Under the pieces are notes generated by a model. The model saw only the letters and a list, made by a program, of their open reading frames with translations, was not told where the DNA came from and did not search any database. A stretch of 64,000 nucleotides of DNA, taken from Xylographa opegraphella (Eukaryota). This document shows, in pieces, positions 39,639 through 53,692 of this stretch. Location: the NCBI GenBank assembly GCA_022813865.1, contig JALDZX010000058.1, positions 62,001 through 126,000 on the forward strand. Reading direction: 5' to 3'. Each line of letters opens with the position of its first letter. Position 1 is the first letter of the stretch. The translations under genes and the position numbers were made by a program.

Positions 39639-42206
39639 TCATCCAAGTGTTCGACTGCTACTGATGATACCCTGACTTGTTGTACGCATGCTGGACATGT
39701 CAGGCTTAACAGGTGAGTCGGAGGGAAAAGACGATGTGGGTGTTTGTTGTTCTGGTGTTTGTCTATCCCATATGTCATGACTAAGGACATTCAGCCAAGC
39801 AGTACCAAATTCGCCCTTCAGAGCTTGCACTCTCTGTCTGTAAGTTGCTCCGCCGAGATCTTGCTGTAGGTGTTTTCCGAATAACTTTTGCGATTCCTCC
39901 GAATTGTTAGTTTCAGGAGAAACAAGAGGGAGTTCGGCAGGCGATCGAGCTGATTGAAAGGCTGGCAATAATGGTGGGACTGACATGATGGAATCATTGT
40001 CTTGGTGGAAGGGAAAGCCGAGCTGCGTCCTTGGCGAAGCCTGGTCGGGGTCCACAAGGACTACTTGATCGACATTCGAGAATGCCACTTGAGGTGACTT
40101 TTGAGGCACCGCCTGAGTCCCGCTAACTTGGATTTCATGTTGGCTATCGTCGATAGAAAGATCGACTATCCTTCTTCTAGGTCCCTTTCTGCGGCGACCT
40201 GAGCTAACAATGGCATCGCTTTTAGATATCTGAGGTCCAGTTCGTTGGGGTCTTGATTCGATCTGAAAGTCATTCTTTGTTGGAGCCTCTTTGGACTCCA
40301 TGAATCGAGAATGGTCGTAGTCCGACGGCATCGGCTTCACAATTGGCACACCTTCACTTTCCACAACTCTGTCTCTAAGCTGCCTTCGCTCTCCAAAGCC
40401 AGGAGCTGCGTTATCAATCACAATATCTTCAGTATAACCTGGAGTGCTCCGAAACAAGTTAAATATGGTGACTCTATAATTGCTATGAGATTTGACAAAA
40501 GGGTTGTTTAGTACCCATATATCACGAATATCCGGTATCCCAGTCAACCGTGCTGTTTCCGTTGGATCGGTGAGCTTGTTGTCTCGAAGATCAAGTCGCT
40601 CTAAAGATAGAAGCCTTTCGACGCCGGCAAGAGATCCTAAACGATTTGACCGTAGGTTGAGAGCGGATATAGCTGGTAGTGGATTTCGCGCTAATGAATG
40701 TAGAGATGCAATCATGCATTTCGAGAGGTTCAGAGCTCTCAATGCGGTTAGAGTAGCAATGGCATCTGGGACATCGGTGAACAAATTCGATGAAAGGTCC
40801 AAAGAGTGCAGAGTATTGGCCAATGGCGCAAAACTGAAGCTTGTCAAGGAAGTCAGGGAATTATCCGCAAGACTCAGATGTTTAAGAAATCTCCACTTCA
40901 ATGCCGGTAGGATGCCCATCAGGAGAAGGTTCGATGAGCTTCTATTGTGTACAGGAGAGCTGACAGACTGAGTGCTCGAATTGGAACTGCCCGATCCTGA
41001 TCTTTTCACCTTTCCACCATTACCACGACTGTGTCGATACGTGCTTTGTCGTGAGCTCGTTGGCCGTATCGGGGAAGAGCTTTCGTTGCGCGTGTGCGCT
41101 CTCGCCACAGAGACATCAAATTCGCCTCGAATGTACAGACTGTTCCGAGGACTTGAGCTTCGTCCGAACTTGTCGTCTAACACTGGTGAACTAGGAGTGG
41201 AATCGGCATGCGCGAACTCCAAGTGGCGTACTGCTGGACTTATTGCCCAGGCTGACATAGAAGAACTCTGCGCTTTTGATGATCGCCTTCGTCGTTTATC
41301 CATATCATCAAGCACAATTCCAACAAGAAGATCTGCCGGATCGTCCACATGAGCCCGCTTGACAGTCAACGAACGCAGTTGCTCAGCTAATTTATCCCAA
41401 CCAAAAAATTGGCGAAAGTCTACATCACAGATCTCGAGCGAACTCATATTCTTAAATGCTAACAGAGGAACTGCGGTATCGAAAGGGAACTCCTCATAAC
41501 CACGAATAAGCCGTGCTTTACGATCTGGTGAGATTCTTAGGCAGGGTATTTTTGTGAAAGCTGAGTACAAATACTTGATGTCAATTTCTAGCTGGGCCTT
41601 CGCCTTTTCGGTCTTGGTATTATTGTTTGACAAGCCGAACTTGGACCAGAGTGTAGATATCCCGGATAGCGCACTTCGCACGCTCGAAATGGAATGGATG
41701 GAGTCTCGATCACTACGACCTGTCGGTCTTTGAGGGTGACTCAGGAAAGAGACATAATTAGCTGGAGATTGCTCAGCCGTCAAATTTTCCAGTCGCACAT
41801 TCATAGGTCCCACAGCAATCCCAAGCTCCTCGAAACGCGATAGAAGATAAAAGAGATGGTGTGGTGTCAATGTGAGCTTGGCGGGTTTGATGTTATGAGA
41901 AGTAAAGCTCAGCGCACCAAGTGAGAAAGCGGCCGCCAGGGCGCTCGTCGCTGATGATGTTATAGTCGAGCTGGGGAAGGAAGAAAGTTGGGACGGAGAA
42001 GTGTCGCCATTGTTCCAATTCGATACCTTCTGACCGTTATTTTGCCGACGAAGTTGAAGAGCGTTTGCGAGGGCTTTTTCATGAGTGCGCACAAACTGTG
42101 CCAAATTCTACCTATGTCAGCCTAGCTCTCTTGCGAACAACTACATAAGCGGCAGTCTTAACAAGGCTTCTACCTTGATGAAGTTTTCACCATCTTCTGA
42201 TGCCAT
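39639..42206 (-). CDS. Leucine-rich-repeat protein (conserved fungal)
   Basis: MASEDGENFIK|NLAQFVRTHEKALANAL; LRRs LKHLSLADNSL, LHSLDLSSNLF, LERLDLRDNKL; LRRcap-like NPFVKSHSNYR. Confidence 0.85.
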
Positions 42207-44615
42207 TGTGGATGTTCGGTGACACCGCTACCAGTGAGGTTTGAGGGCCGGACGGCGGGTTGGGCGTACTCCACGTAGGCTCATTGTCCAATTGCGACGG
42301 CAGACGTTGGAGACCAAGTCGTGGAGAAATATTCTGCTGTGATGTATGAGTACTAATATTGACAACAACTTGGAAGGGAAGCGATTTGAAGCTACAAGAC
42401 GTTGTCGCGCTTGACAGCTGCCTAGGCACTTGACGGAACCCAGCCGCATCCACCAATGCCGTGCCAAGGATGTCAGACTTACGAATCTTTGTCTGAGAGC
42501 CTCTGCTGGCTCTGGCTTTATGGGCTGTGATGGAGGGTGCTCATGGGGCACCAACCGTCTTTACTCGTCCTGGAACTTCGGAGTCCGGCTACTTGATAGG
42601 CCGGGTTGAGGCACGTGGGAGTCAAGTGGGAAAGGAAGAAAAGGGCCGAGCTCAGAGCTGCGCTTGAGTCTTGAGACAAAGAGACAGAGTCGAGATCGGC
42701 GTCAAAGATCGAGACTTGGAGATAAGCAAGAACGCCAACTGTCGTCTACGTTGCCGTTGATTGAGAGCCTCGAAGGACAAAAGATAGAAAGCGGCCGCCG
42801 AAGGTGCCGCAGGAAGCAGAGTGTGGTGGTGTAAAGCAGGTGCTGCCTGGAGCAAGAGAACCGGAGACGGAGTCGAAGTCGAAGACGAGGGCGTGCTGAA
42901 GGTCGAGGGTGAATGAATGAATGAGGCAAGCCTTTGGCATGCTGATGGCTAACATAAGGTTAAGCAGCGACAGGCCCCTAAATCCATATGGCACCCCTCG
43001 TTATTAGTTGCTACGACTTCCCCAAGCACCTTTTTTGCTGGGTCGTTTTGTGAAGGAAATGATGATTGCGGCTATCTCGAGCTCCTCGCCAATCAGCGGT
43101 AGGCTCCTGCTCCCCTGCTCCCAGCGCTCGCACGCCCAGGCGGCCAGGGTCCCCACCCGATCAAACTTGATTCAATGAAGTTCTTGATTCTTGTCATACC
43201 GACCTCGGACGTGGCTCTCGATCTGCCTCCCATTGACGGGGTGCTCTACAAACTACCTAAGGTAACGAGCGACAAGGAGCTTGCATTTTGCGCCTCAATT
43301 TGCCCGTGCACAACAGCCTATCGTGACGGAATCGCGGCTACCAAGGACGAGGATACTGGTACCTAACTGATCGCCGAGCCTTGCCTGACACATTGTATCG
43401 CCCAGCACACCACGCTCATTCATCTTCGTGGCAGAGTCAACTGATGATATGACCATCAACGCTATCACGAGGGGGCCAGTGGTACTGCTTGGGAGGTGGG
43501 CTTATGCCCCTTGTGGGTTATGGCGCCATTCGAATGTGAGACTCTTGTCATTTGGCCACTTCGTGACGACCTCCACCGCGCTTGAAATTCTGACTAGGCC
43601 AAAGTCAACCGAACCAGGTCCGAGGCCGCACTCATCCTGAGCTATCGAGGCTGTACAACGCGCAGCATCTTTCCAAGGAAAGTATCGCGAGCAGCAGATC
43701 CCATTGTGGTGGCAGAACGCGGTACTTATGCATTGACGTTCGAGAAGACACTAATGTGGGACTTTCCTAGGTCGCCTGCAGAGCATGAGGCCGCTACATA
43801 CCAGCATTCCGAACCAATCCGTGGTACCCACGGAATTGAGCACCTTGCCTTCGTAGCTTCTCCGAACGCAGCAGCAGCTTAAAGCACTCCCTCTAAAGGG
43901 CGTCAGCATGGCCTTTTGGAGCCCCACCTTCTCTAATCAGCGGCATATTGATCACACGCTTCCTTGGCGCTCCAAATCGATCCGCCCTCTCGCTTATTGA
44001 GATTGATTCGACCCCGTCCATTGCATTGAATGAGCTCTGTAATAATGCAAAGTAGATAGATGCTCGGATGCTCGTATTCTCGCGCAAAGCGCGGCGTCCG
44101 ACAATGCCCACTATAGTGCATGAGCGGCGAAGGGTGACTGGCAATGAAGTTTTGTCAAGTTTTTGATGCAGACATAGGCAGTGCATCGGACTGGGGACGG
44201 CAGGGATGGCGACATCTTCTGCTACCGAGAATTCAAACCGCTGTGGGCTTGGGCATGTAAGATCGCTCGATATTCTTCAGTAGATCAGAGGTATTTAGAT
44301 AGCTCCTAAGCATGGGACCCGGTGTTTATGTTTGTCAGCGGCCTCATATACATGCTCGTAGTTTGTATGTCTTTGACTCTACCGTTTATTGTAATTTCCA
44401 ATAATGTAGGATAATGTAAATTCCGTGTGAATCGAACAAAGTCCGACAAGGGCGTATTGGGTTTTTTTAGCCTTGCCTTGTCGTTTGGTCGTACTACAAT
44501 GCCAAAAGCGCCGTTTAGGACGGAGGCCCGAAATACGTTATCGTAAGATAGAACCACTTTTTCAAAAAGTGCAATAAGAAATGTTCGCCTGTCTGTTCAC
44601 TATACCAACGAAGGT

Positions 44616-45678
44616 ATGAACATGGAGACCACCACCGGCTACACCGTCCCTGTGACGTTGCCTCGTGTCACAATCACCTATTGTTTGCAATGTCACTGGA
44701 TGCTACGAGCAGCCTGGGTAAGCTGATCTTCCAGATTTTCCTACCTTTCGCTTCACTCTGTTACTTTCTTCAACGAGTTCTGGGCTGTACTGCTTATCTG
44801 GAACCAAAATCAGCATGAGCCTCATCGGACGTATTGCGTACTGTAACAGGATACCCATTGTATCTTGCATTTAACTTGAGATACACCACACATTTGCTTC
44901 ATATTGGACATATCATAATATATCCTACTTATCGTCTCATACAATCATTTTCTAGCTTACTGTACTCTCTACTCATCGTGCTATGAGATTCGCTCAAAGT
45001 AGACACTAATCCGCCTTTCAAGTATGCTCAAGAGCTTCTTTCCACTTTCTCCTCGGCCATTGGTGAAATCGCGCTCATTCCTTCAAACGGAGGCGTCTTT
45101 ACTGTCGATATTGTACACGCGGGGTTGTCGGGAAGCATCGAGCATAGAGATAGTGTAACATCGACAACTTTGGGAGACGAACTCACAAGAACACGAATTT
45201 GGGACCGGAAAATCGATGGGGGATTCCCGGGTATGTACATTGTGTGCTCTTATCGTGCAGTTCTATGCTCTTAAATCGTGCATTTGGATGCTATGAGTGA
45301 GGCACCTACGAGCGAGAAGACAACGATGTCAATTGAAGCCCCGGAGAACGAAGATGCAGAGGGATCATGCAAGCCAGACTTCCAACGCACCATTGAGCTC
45401 AAAAGTTTGACTGCATGGTTTAAGACTGTTCTAATCTCTGGGCAGAGACGAAGGAGCTGAAGCGTCGTGTAAGGGACATCATCGAGCCGGGCAGGGATCT
45501 GGGGCATGTGGACGGGAAAAAGGTAAAGGGAGACTTGCTAGCAGTGGACCATACAGCAACGGAATCTAGTGTGGTGGGGCCCGGCATGAACCAGACCGCC
45601 CGAAGCAGCTCGATACCAGTTGAGTCCAGAAGGCATTCGGACCCAAGCGTCTGCGAAGATTGTACACAGGTGCTATAG
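44616..45678 (+). CDS. Rdx-family (SelT/SelW/SelH-like) thioredoxin-fold protein, Cys form; 3 exons
   Basis: Spliced PRVTITYCLQCHWMLRAAW|YAQELLSTF..GGVFTV..IWDRKIDGGFP|ETKELKRRVRDIIEPGRDLGHVD; introns at about 44718-45022 and 45231-45445; not found by the ORF track. Confidence 0.88.
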
Positions 45679-47042
45679 TTTCACGAAATGCATCAAAGAT
45701 GTAACAGAATCAACCAAAGCGGCAGCAAGTTTTGGACCTTAATGGTTGTATTTACTTCAAGATTAGACACTCCGTTCCCGTATTTTGAAGAAACCACCCT
45801 ACTTGCAAATATTGCACAGAATCGAAAGAACAGGTCTGCCAACCCCGCAGAGCATCCGCCCAATGTGTTCAGAACGCATACACACATCAGTCCTGCCGAG
45901 CTCGCTACTTCAATCACAACAGCCGCAAGCCTAAAGAAATGCACAGTCCCTCAAAGAATCGTGACACGGAATAGCGAGTAACAAAGTCACAAGACAGCCC
46001 TAGTAGTCGTTCCACTTCACTTCGCTAGGTACATGGATCCGGTGGTGCGATAGAGGGCTAGCTGAAGTATTGGTGTCGAGTATGAGTCCACAGAACGCCA
46101 CGCTGATGAATTGAGTTAAGGAGTCTCGAGCGTCCTGGGTTACATGACGATACAGCAGCCGTTGGCTTGCTGTGGTGCATAAGGGTCGTCACGTTTTTCA
46201 ACCTGTTCGTAAAAAAAAGATGATTTAGCGCTTTGCTGAACAATTACTTGTAGGGGTCAGAAGTTGGGCTGGACTTACTTGGCCCCATAGCGAGGGCACC
46301 ATGAAATCCTTAGTTGAGTTACAGTATGAAATTAAGCTACTGGCTATCAGCCTGAGGTACGAACCACGCTGGAGCCAGCTTCCCTTCACGTTGAAACTAG
46401 TACAGCGGAGATAGTTATTCGACGTACCTCATCGACGCTTCCGACACTCTTATACGTGGCCGCTCCAGGTCCTCCTTCAAGCGCATATTCAGCTCATTCA
46501 GCCTACGCAGCTTCAATTCTGCCATCGATTGCTTCTTGTTTTTACCATCTCCACCAGGACGCATCTCAAATTGTGGCATATTGGACTAGGTCTCGGACTA
46601 GCAACCAGGTTAGAATCAACATTGAAACGGCACAAGGACACTTGCGTGAACAAGGAGGTGAGGTTGATGGCCCACAGGTGAGGCTGAGTCCTCTCTCGAT
46701 CGCGATGAGCACGGCAGAAATAGAGGCAAGCTATACGTGATGGCTGACTGTAGAGATCTGCTTGAAGGCGATTCGACTTAATGGTAGAAACCGTGTGCGA
46801 TTGATCTCACCTGCACTGGTGAAGTGCTTTCCCCAGAACACAGGCACCAACGCCTTCCCGCATTTACGCTAGTTATAATTAGCGGCCTCACTTTGATATT
46901 ACCGCACAACCTAAAATCTCTACAGAGCACCTGGTGTCAAGAGTCTTGAGTTCTTCGATAGGACGTGATTGATATTTTGTGAGAACTCCAGAGAGCTGCT
47001 GAGCCATTTCTTCCTACAATCCGGTAGAAGAGATCGTCCAGC

Positions 47043-50000
47043 ATGCCTCCACCACCCCACACGAAGCCCGAGAATGTGCTCAAGGTGAGCTAACACGGTC
47101 GCCTCTCTGCTACATCTACACGCGATGATGCTGCTACAATCGATACCAATAAGGGATGATGCTGATAATTCACTAAATAGCGAGCACAAGAACTTATCGC
47201 GGTTGGCCAGTCACCGGCTGCGCTTACGATACTCCATGAACATATCACGTCCAAACGATCCCGGAACAGTCCGATTACCTCATTGGAGCCTGTGATGCTA
47301 CTGTTTGTGGAGCTATGTGTAGATCTAAAAAAAGGCAAGCAAGCGAAAGACGGGCTTTATCAGTACAAGAATACTGCTCAGAACACCAATGTGGGCACGA
47401 TTGAAGTAAGCGATACCGCGTGGCAAGGAAACCAATAGTGCTAAGGAATAACTAGCTCGTGCTTCGACACTTCATCGAACTTGCTGGGCACAAGGTCACC
47501 GAAGCTCAAGCGAAAGCAGATGAGGTGCAGTCTACTCTCGAGCCTTATGCGTCTAGTGCTGCAGGTGTGGACGACCTTGAAGCGATTGAGACTCCTGAAT
47601 CGATACTTCTCTCCACTGTCTCTGGAGAACAGTCGAGGGATCGGACCGACCGCGCTATCGTTACACCATGGCTGAAATTCCTTTGGGAAACATACCGAAC
47701 TGTCTTGGAAATTTTGAAAAACAATGCGCGGCTCGAAGTAATGTATCAAGCCACTGCACTCCAAGCGTTTGGTTTCTGTCAAACATATGCCCGAAAAACG
47801 GAGTTCCGAAGACTATGCGAACTTCTCAGGAACCATGTCCAGAATGCAGCAAAATATCAGAGTCAGATGCACGCTATCAACCTCAGTGATGCTGATACTC
47901 TACAGCGCCATCTCGATACCCGTTTTCAGCAGCTGAATGTCGCTGTCGAGCTAGAACTATGGCAAGAGGCTTTTCGTAGTGTCGAGGATATCCATACTTT
48001 ACTCAGCCTGTCCAAGCGGCCGGCAAAGAATATCATGATGGCCAACTACTATGAGAAGCTCACTCGTATTTTTCTTGTCAGCGAAAATTATTTGTTCCAT
48101 GCAGCTGCCTGGAGTAGATATTATAATCTCCTTCGACAGTCCGCAACTGTGGTGGCTGCCGGACAGAGCTTGAAAAAGGACAATCCAGCAGTTACGGAAG
48201 CCGATATGAGCCGAGCAGCATCCTTCGTCTTGCTGTCCGCGCTCTCTATTCCCGTCATCAGCACATCTAGATCTCGTGGAGCTTTAATCGATGTCGACGA
48301 GGCCAGAAAGAATAAGAACAGCCGGCTCACAAATCTGCTGGGGATGTCTCAGGCTCCAACTAGAGCTGTGCTCTTCAAGGACGCAATGAGCAAAGGACTC
48401 CTAAAACGTGCGAAGCCAGAAATCCGTGAATTGTACCAGATCCTCGAAGTCGACTTTCATCCTCTGTCTATATGCAAGAAGATTTCACCTATTCTCACAC
48501 AGATTGGTTCGGATTCTGAGATGGAGAAGTACATCATGCCACTGCAGCAGGTCATTCTTACTAGACTATTCCAGCAGCTCTCGCAGGTCTACGAATCGGT
48601 TGAGCTGAACTTTGTCTACGACCTCGCACAGTTTCCAGATCCTTTCCAAGTTACTTCGGGGACAATTGAGAAATTTATCATGAACGGATGCAAGAAAGGT
48701 GACCTTGCAATCAGAGTTGACCATGCAAGTGGTATACTTACTTTCGATTCCGATGTCTTCTCAGCTGCCAAGGCTCTGCATCCCAGTAGTGGCACCGGAT
48801 CTGCTGAATCTGAGACTGCTTCCGTGCAGCGCCTGCAGAGTACTCCGGCGGAGATTGTTCGTTCTCAACTGACACGGCTGTCTAAAACTCTGTACATTAC
48901 TTGCCAGTATGTCGACACAAGTTTCAATGTTGCTAGGCAGCAATCAAAAGCCGCAGCTTTCGCTCGAGCTGAGGCCGGAGCCGAACAAGAGCATCAAGAA
49001 ACCCTTGCAAGACGTGCTATCATTGAAAAGAAGAAAGAGCTTGCTTCCGATGCACTGCAGAAGAAACAAAAGGAAGAGGAGACACGAAAAAGACTTCACA
49101 TTCAACAACTGCAGGAGCGAGAGGCTTCCAGACTTGCTGAAGAACAGAAAGCTCGAGAGCGAAAGCGTTTGGCGGATGAACAACGCAGGGTCAAGCAGGA
49201 GACAATTGCCAAGGAGGTTGAAGAACTCAAAAAGCATAAAAATATCGATCTGGAAGGACTGGACATCGATGATCTTGACAGTGACCGCCTTCGGATGATT
49301 CGAATTGAGCAACTCGCTCGAGAAAAGAATGAGTTGAGCAACAACCTCAGAATAACTGGCAAGCGTATTGACCATTTAGAGCGAGCTTTTCGCAAGGAAG
49401 AGATCAAGCTGTTGCCGAAAGACTACGAAGCACAGCATGAGCTAGACTTTGCCAGCTTCGAGAAGAAAAAGGAGGAGACACTGAAAGAGGCCGAACGGAA
49501 ACACAAAGACGATGTTGGCCTGAAGAATCGGCTGAGTCGCCTCGTACCTGTATACGAGAGGTTTCGCAAAGACCTCCAAGAACGTCGACACGACGAATTC
49601 GAGAAGCGGAGAAGGCAAGCCGACAGGGAACTCGAGAATGCAATTCAGAAACGAAAGCGAGACGTTAGGGAGGCAAAAGCTCGAGAACAACGTGAGCGCG
49701 AAGAAGCCGAGCGACGTCAACGCGAGGAAGAGGAGAGGATGACAAGAGAAGCCGAAGAAAAGGCATCCGAAGAAGCCGAGAAGAGGCGTAAGCTTCAGGA
49801 CCTTAAAGCACAGAAAGATGCTGAACGCAGGTAAGTAGTGTTGAACCTTCCTTAATCTGATCAATGGCTTACAGACAACTCAGGGAACTCGATCAACAAG
49901 CTTCGTTACAACGGAAGCGCGAAGAAGAGGCAGAAGCAAAAATTGCAGCAAGGAAGGCTGGTGTCCCAGCTACCCGAATTCCAGACCGTACTGCGCCCAC

Positions 50001-50583
50001 CCGCACGGACTCGACCGAGAGACCTTCCGGAGGTCCACCACGTCTTGCGCTTACTGGCAACAAACCAACATGGAGAGAGCGAGAAGCACAGCGACAAGCC
50101 GACATTACTGCAATCGGCGCAGCACCTCTCTCAACATCCCCGGCTACCCCCTCTGCTGTTGCTACTTTTGATGCAGAATTGCCAAAGCAGACCGGGTATG
50201 TACCACCTGCCAAACGAGGTGATAGCGCCATATCTCGTGGTCGTACCGATACTCAGCTACCTAGCAACAGTCGCGACCAGAGTTTGGGAGGAGTTGATGC
50301 TGGTGCGAAATGGCGCCCAGCACCACGTGGTAACTCTGGTCGTGATGGTTCGCCGGCCGATGGACCTGCGCCTCGTTTCCTAACACCCGGTCGCCGCGGC
50401 CCCGATGGACCTGGTGCGCGAGATCAGTCGCCGGCCGAGCCTAAATACGTTCCGAAATTCCAGCGTGAAGGCGGTGCTGGCCGCAGCGAGACACCTCCCG
50501 CCAGAACCGACAGCCCAGCCAATGGCCAGACTGCGCCAGCCATCGGGAAATACGTTCCTCGCCATCTGAGAGACAAGCAGTAG
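47043..50583 (+). CDS. TIF32: Translation initiation factor eIF3 subunit A
   Basis: [49 protein letters not shown] region, long charged coiled coil, KYVP repeats; 3 introns. Confidence 0.96.
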
Positions 50584-50943
50584 ACTGGACAGATCAGGCA
50601 GGATATCGATAGTGATCGAAGTGTGGCGTTATATTGCAGCTGTGGTCTTCTTCTTGATCTGTATTTTCTGGAAGGATACAAAGAACGGGTGGACTTCGCA
50701 GTGCTATTGATTTGGCTTTTGAAACGTGTAATTTGTATGTCCTTCCCTACAGGTGGCTCTAGGTAGCAGCAGCAATCAGATACGCAAGCTATCTATTGTC
50801 TCGTCATGATTAAGCACCAAATTTGTCTTCAAATCCACAATCTTTGGATAGCTACTTGGTACCATCGGCATGGTCACTGTCTAATGCCCAGTCATCCAAC
50901 CGTTTCAGTGCGCCATTTATTAGAATACCACTGCGAGTAAACT

Positions 50944-52248
50944 TCATCCGGCGCCAACTTCCACACCTCCACTACTCTGCCTGGTCAACCTCTCCCTCCA
51001 GCCCGCACACACCTCTTCAAACCCACCCACCACTTCCCCACATAATCTTGCCGCCTCTCTGTCCTTCAATCTTTCATCCCAACCACCTGTCTCTATCCAC
51101 CGCATTCCCTGCTCCGCCTCCTCCACTTCCCGTCTCATGCTCTCCACTGCATCTCTAGTCGCTCGCAACCGCCGCGCTGCCAAGGTAGTTGTCTGCCGTG
51201 CCATATGTAGCGTGTCAGAAAGATAGGAGAGCGTCGACAGGAGGTCGGTAGTCGAGGCAGAAAGGCTGTGGAGTAACGGCAGTGCTGAAGTGGGCGCTTG
51301 GGGAAGTGAAAGGATCAGAGTGGGGAGGAGAGAGAGAAGAGCGTCGGTCAGCTCTACTGATGGAGGCGTTCCCACTGGCGAGAGTACCGGGTGCGTAAGA
51401 GCCTGCATGAGGCGTGTCTGGTCCATGATGTGGGTTGTCAATGCTGTATGCGCCGTTGAAAGGCTGAGAGATATTTATGTTAGTGGAGATATTCGACACC
51501 TAAGAAAAGGGGCAGCTTACCGAGTCGAGTGGCTTTCGACATCAGCCTGGGCAGTTAAGTCCTTCAGGGAGTCTGTGATTCTGACAAATACGCTGTTAGC
51601 TTCCATTCCCGTCAATACGGCGCCTTGCTTTGCCAGAGCGTGGATGACAGCCATTCGCGTCTCGAGAGACGCAGGTATCTCCAACTCCTCGATTTCAACA
51701 TGCTCGCTGTTGTCCGGGCTGTTGTAAGCGGTCTCTTTCCGTTGAGGCTTAGGCTGCATGCCGTACTCTGGAGGCTCTCGAGTGTTAAGCCACTTCTCCT
51801 TTGACTTTGATGATATTGCCACTCCGATAATGTCCTTTTCGTCTGGATCTAGGGACAGGAGCAATAGTGACTCTTCCGCCCCCCTAACGCACAACCCTTC
51901 ATCTTCCGCTTTTATACTAGATACATCTTCCTCTTCCGCTTTTATACTAGATACATCTTCCTCTTCCTCTCCCTCATCGCCTTCGTCCCAAGCTTCTGCC
52001 AGCTCATCTGCCAGATTTCCGAGGCCGTTCTCGGCTTCGGCTGATCCCCCAAAACCTCTCGAGAAATTGAACCCCTCCATCCGATCATGAGATGAAGGTG
52101 GGCGGGGCGTGGTGGGGGTAGGTAGAGATTGTATAGAAGACTTCCGACTGTGTGAAAGTCTGGCCGGTGTAAATGTGATGCTTTGTGGGCTTGAGGACGT
52201 GAAGGAAAGGGCGGAAGACCGCCGCCTTCGATGGGGAGAGTAAGGCAT
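50944..52248 (-). CDS. Hypothetical conserved fungal coiled-coil protein, 2 exons
   Basis: GLGNLADELAEAW; splice STR|LSTAHTALTTH; LSYLSDTLHMARQTTTLAARRLR..CGEVVGGFEEVC. Confidence 0.8.
51902..51961. repeat. Exact 30-bp in-frame tandem duplication (EEEDVSSIKA x2)
   Basis: tcttccgcttttatactagatacatcttcc occurs twice. Confidence 0.9.
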
Positions 52249-52719
52249 GATGGGCGGATTTCTTGAGTTGTGGTGGTCCTTACTCCATGTGACCTGGGCT
52301 TTACAGCTTATCTCACAAATTTCGCTGCAGCAATGTAAACGTCGCAGATCAAAGACTTGGCTCTGTTTGTGGTGCTCTTTGTGTGGACACTGGCCACGGT
52401 CAGTGGCCTGGAAGTGAGAGAGTCTCAGAACGCTTCTAATACCTATAAGCTTTCATACAAAATTGCACGAGATGCTCTGCCGTGCTACATAATGTCGTTT
52501 CCATTTTTTGCGTGTAATTCAAAGTCTGTCTCTAGTATCGCCCATGTCTTCGCCGAAGAAACGTGACGCGCAAAGATCGGAACTTTGTTCCACGGCATGT
52601 CTTTATCAAGCGACTTACTTCGTGTACCTATGTAGTTATATTCGCTTGTTCACGGGACTACAGTATACTAAAATTTCTGTTCATCTCAAGTCCGGGAATC
52701 TCAATCACAGTACTGTATA

Positions 52720-53415
52720 ATGACAGCACTGCGTCAATGCCGCATGACCGACCTCCTGCGCATGAGCCTCTGCAACCTCGATCCCCTCACAGAAAACTAC
52801 GATGTGCACTTCTACATCGAGTATATGGCACGATGGCCGTCACTGTTCACCATCGCGGAGAACTCAGATGGCCAAATTGTCGGCTACAGTGAGCTTCGCA
52901 GCTCCCGAGTCTCGTCGATGGTGCCTGGACTAATATTGGCGCACCGTAGTTATGGGCAAAGTCGAAGAAGACCCAGCATACTTCAGCTTCTCAGAACATT
53001 ATCTCCCCTGGCACGGCCATGTGACAGCGTTGACTGTTGCACCTCAGTACAGGCGGCTAGGGATTGCGAAGCTCCTGACAGAGGCATTCGAGCGAGCTTG
53101 TGACAATCAGAATGCCTGGTTTGTGGACCTGTTTGTGCGGGCTAGTAACGACAGAGCTATTACGATGTATCGAAAGATGGGGTGAGTTCCATAGCTATGT
53201 ATGCAAAGCCACTGACAACTGAGGCCCAGGGTCCGAATAGCTATACTGTGTTTCGAAGAGTAGTTGACTACTATAGTGACAGTCCAACCAGCAAAAGTGC
53301 TGGTGAAGATGCGTTCGACATGAGGAAGCCAATGAGGCGAGATAAGCATCGGAAGCATATCAGGGGGAACGGAGAAGAGTTCAGGATCAATCCAGAAGAC
53401 ATATACCATGGCTGA
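52720..53415 (+). CDS. NAT3: NatB N-terminal acetyltransferase catalytic subunit (Naa20)
   Basis: NLDPLTENY, MGKVE, WHGHVTALTVAPQYRRLG, FVDLFVR, EDAFDMRK; 2 introns. Confidence 0.95.
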
Positions 53416-53692
53416 CCTTGCATCCTAACAATATGAGGCTGGAGGCGCGAATGATGCTCACTGGGAGGTAATGTATGTGATATGTAATACTACACGGTGT
53501 AGCTCAGACTGTCGTCTGAAAAATGTGTCATCGAGTTTTTATTTATAATCACAGAATGAGGATTTGCAGCAAAAGCAGGAAATCCATACATTCAAGCTTT
53601 GGCTCAACAGGATCGCCAAAGCGCTCTCGCGCAGGATCCTTCTGCTCCAGATTGCTACATCCGAGCAATTACAAAATCCTTAGTATACTCAG

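Noticed and set aside
43175..44300. Short ORFs between the LRR and Rdx genes
   Set aside because: No coherent splice model or recognisable motif
44682..44693. Selenocysteine in the SelW-like protein
   Set aside because: The motif is CLQC with TGT codons; there is no in-frame TGA
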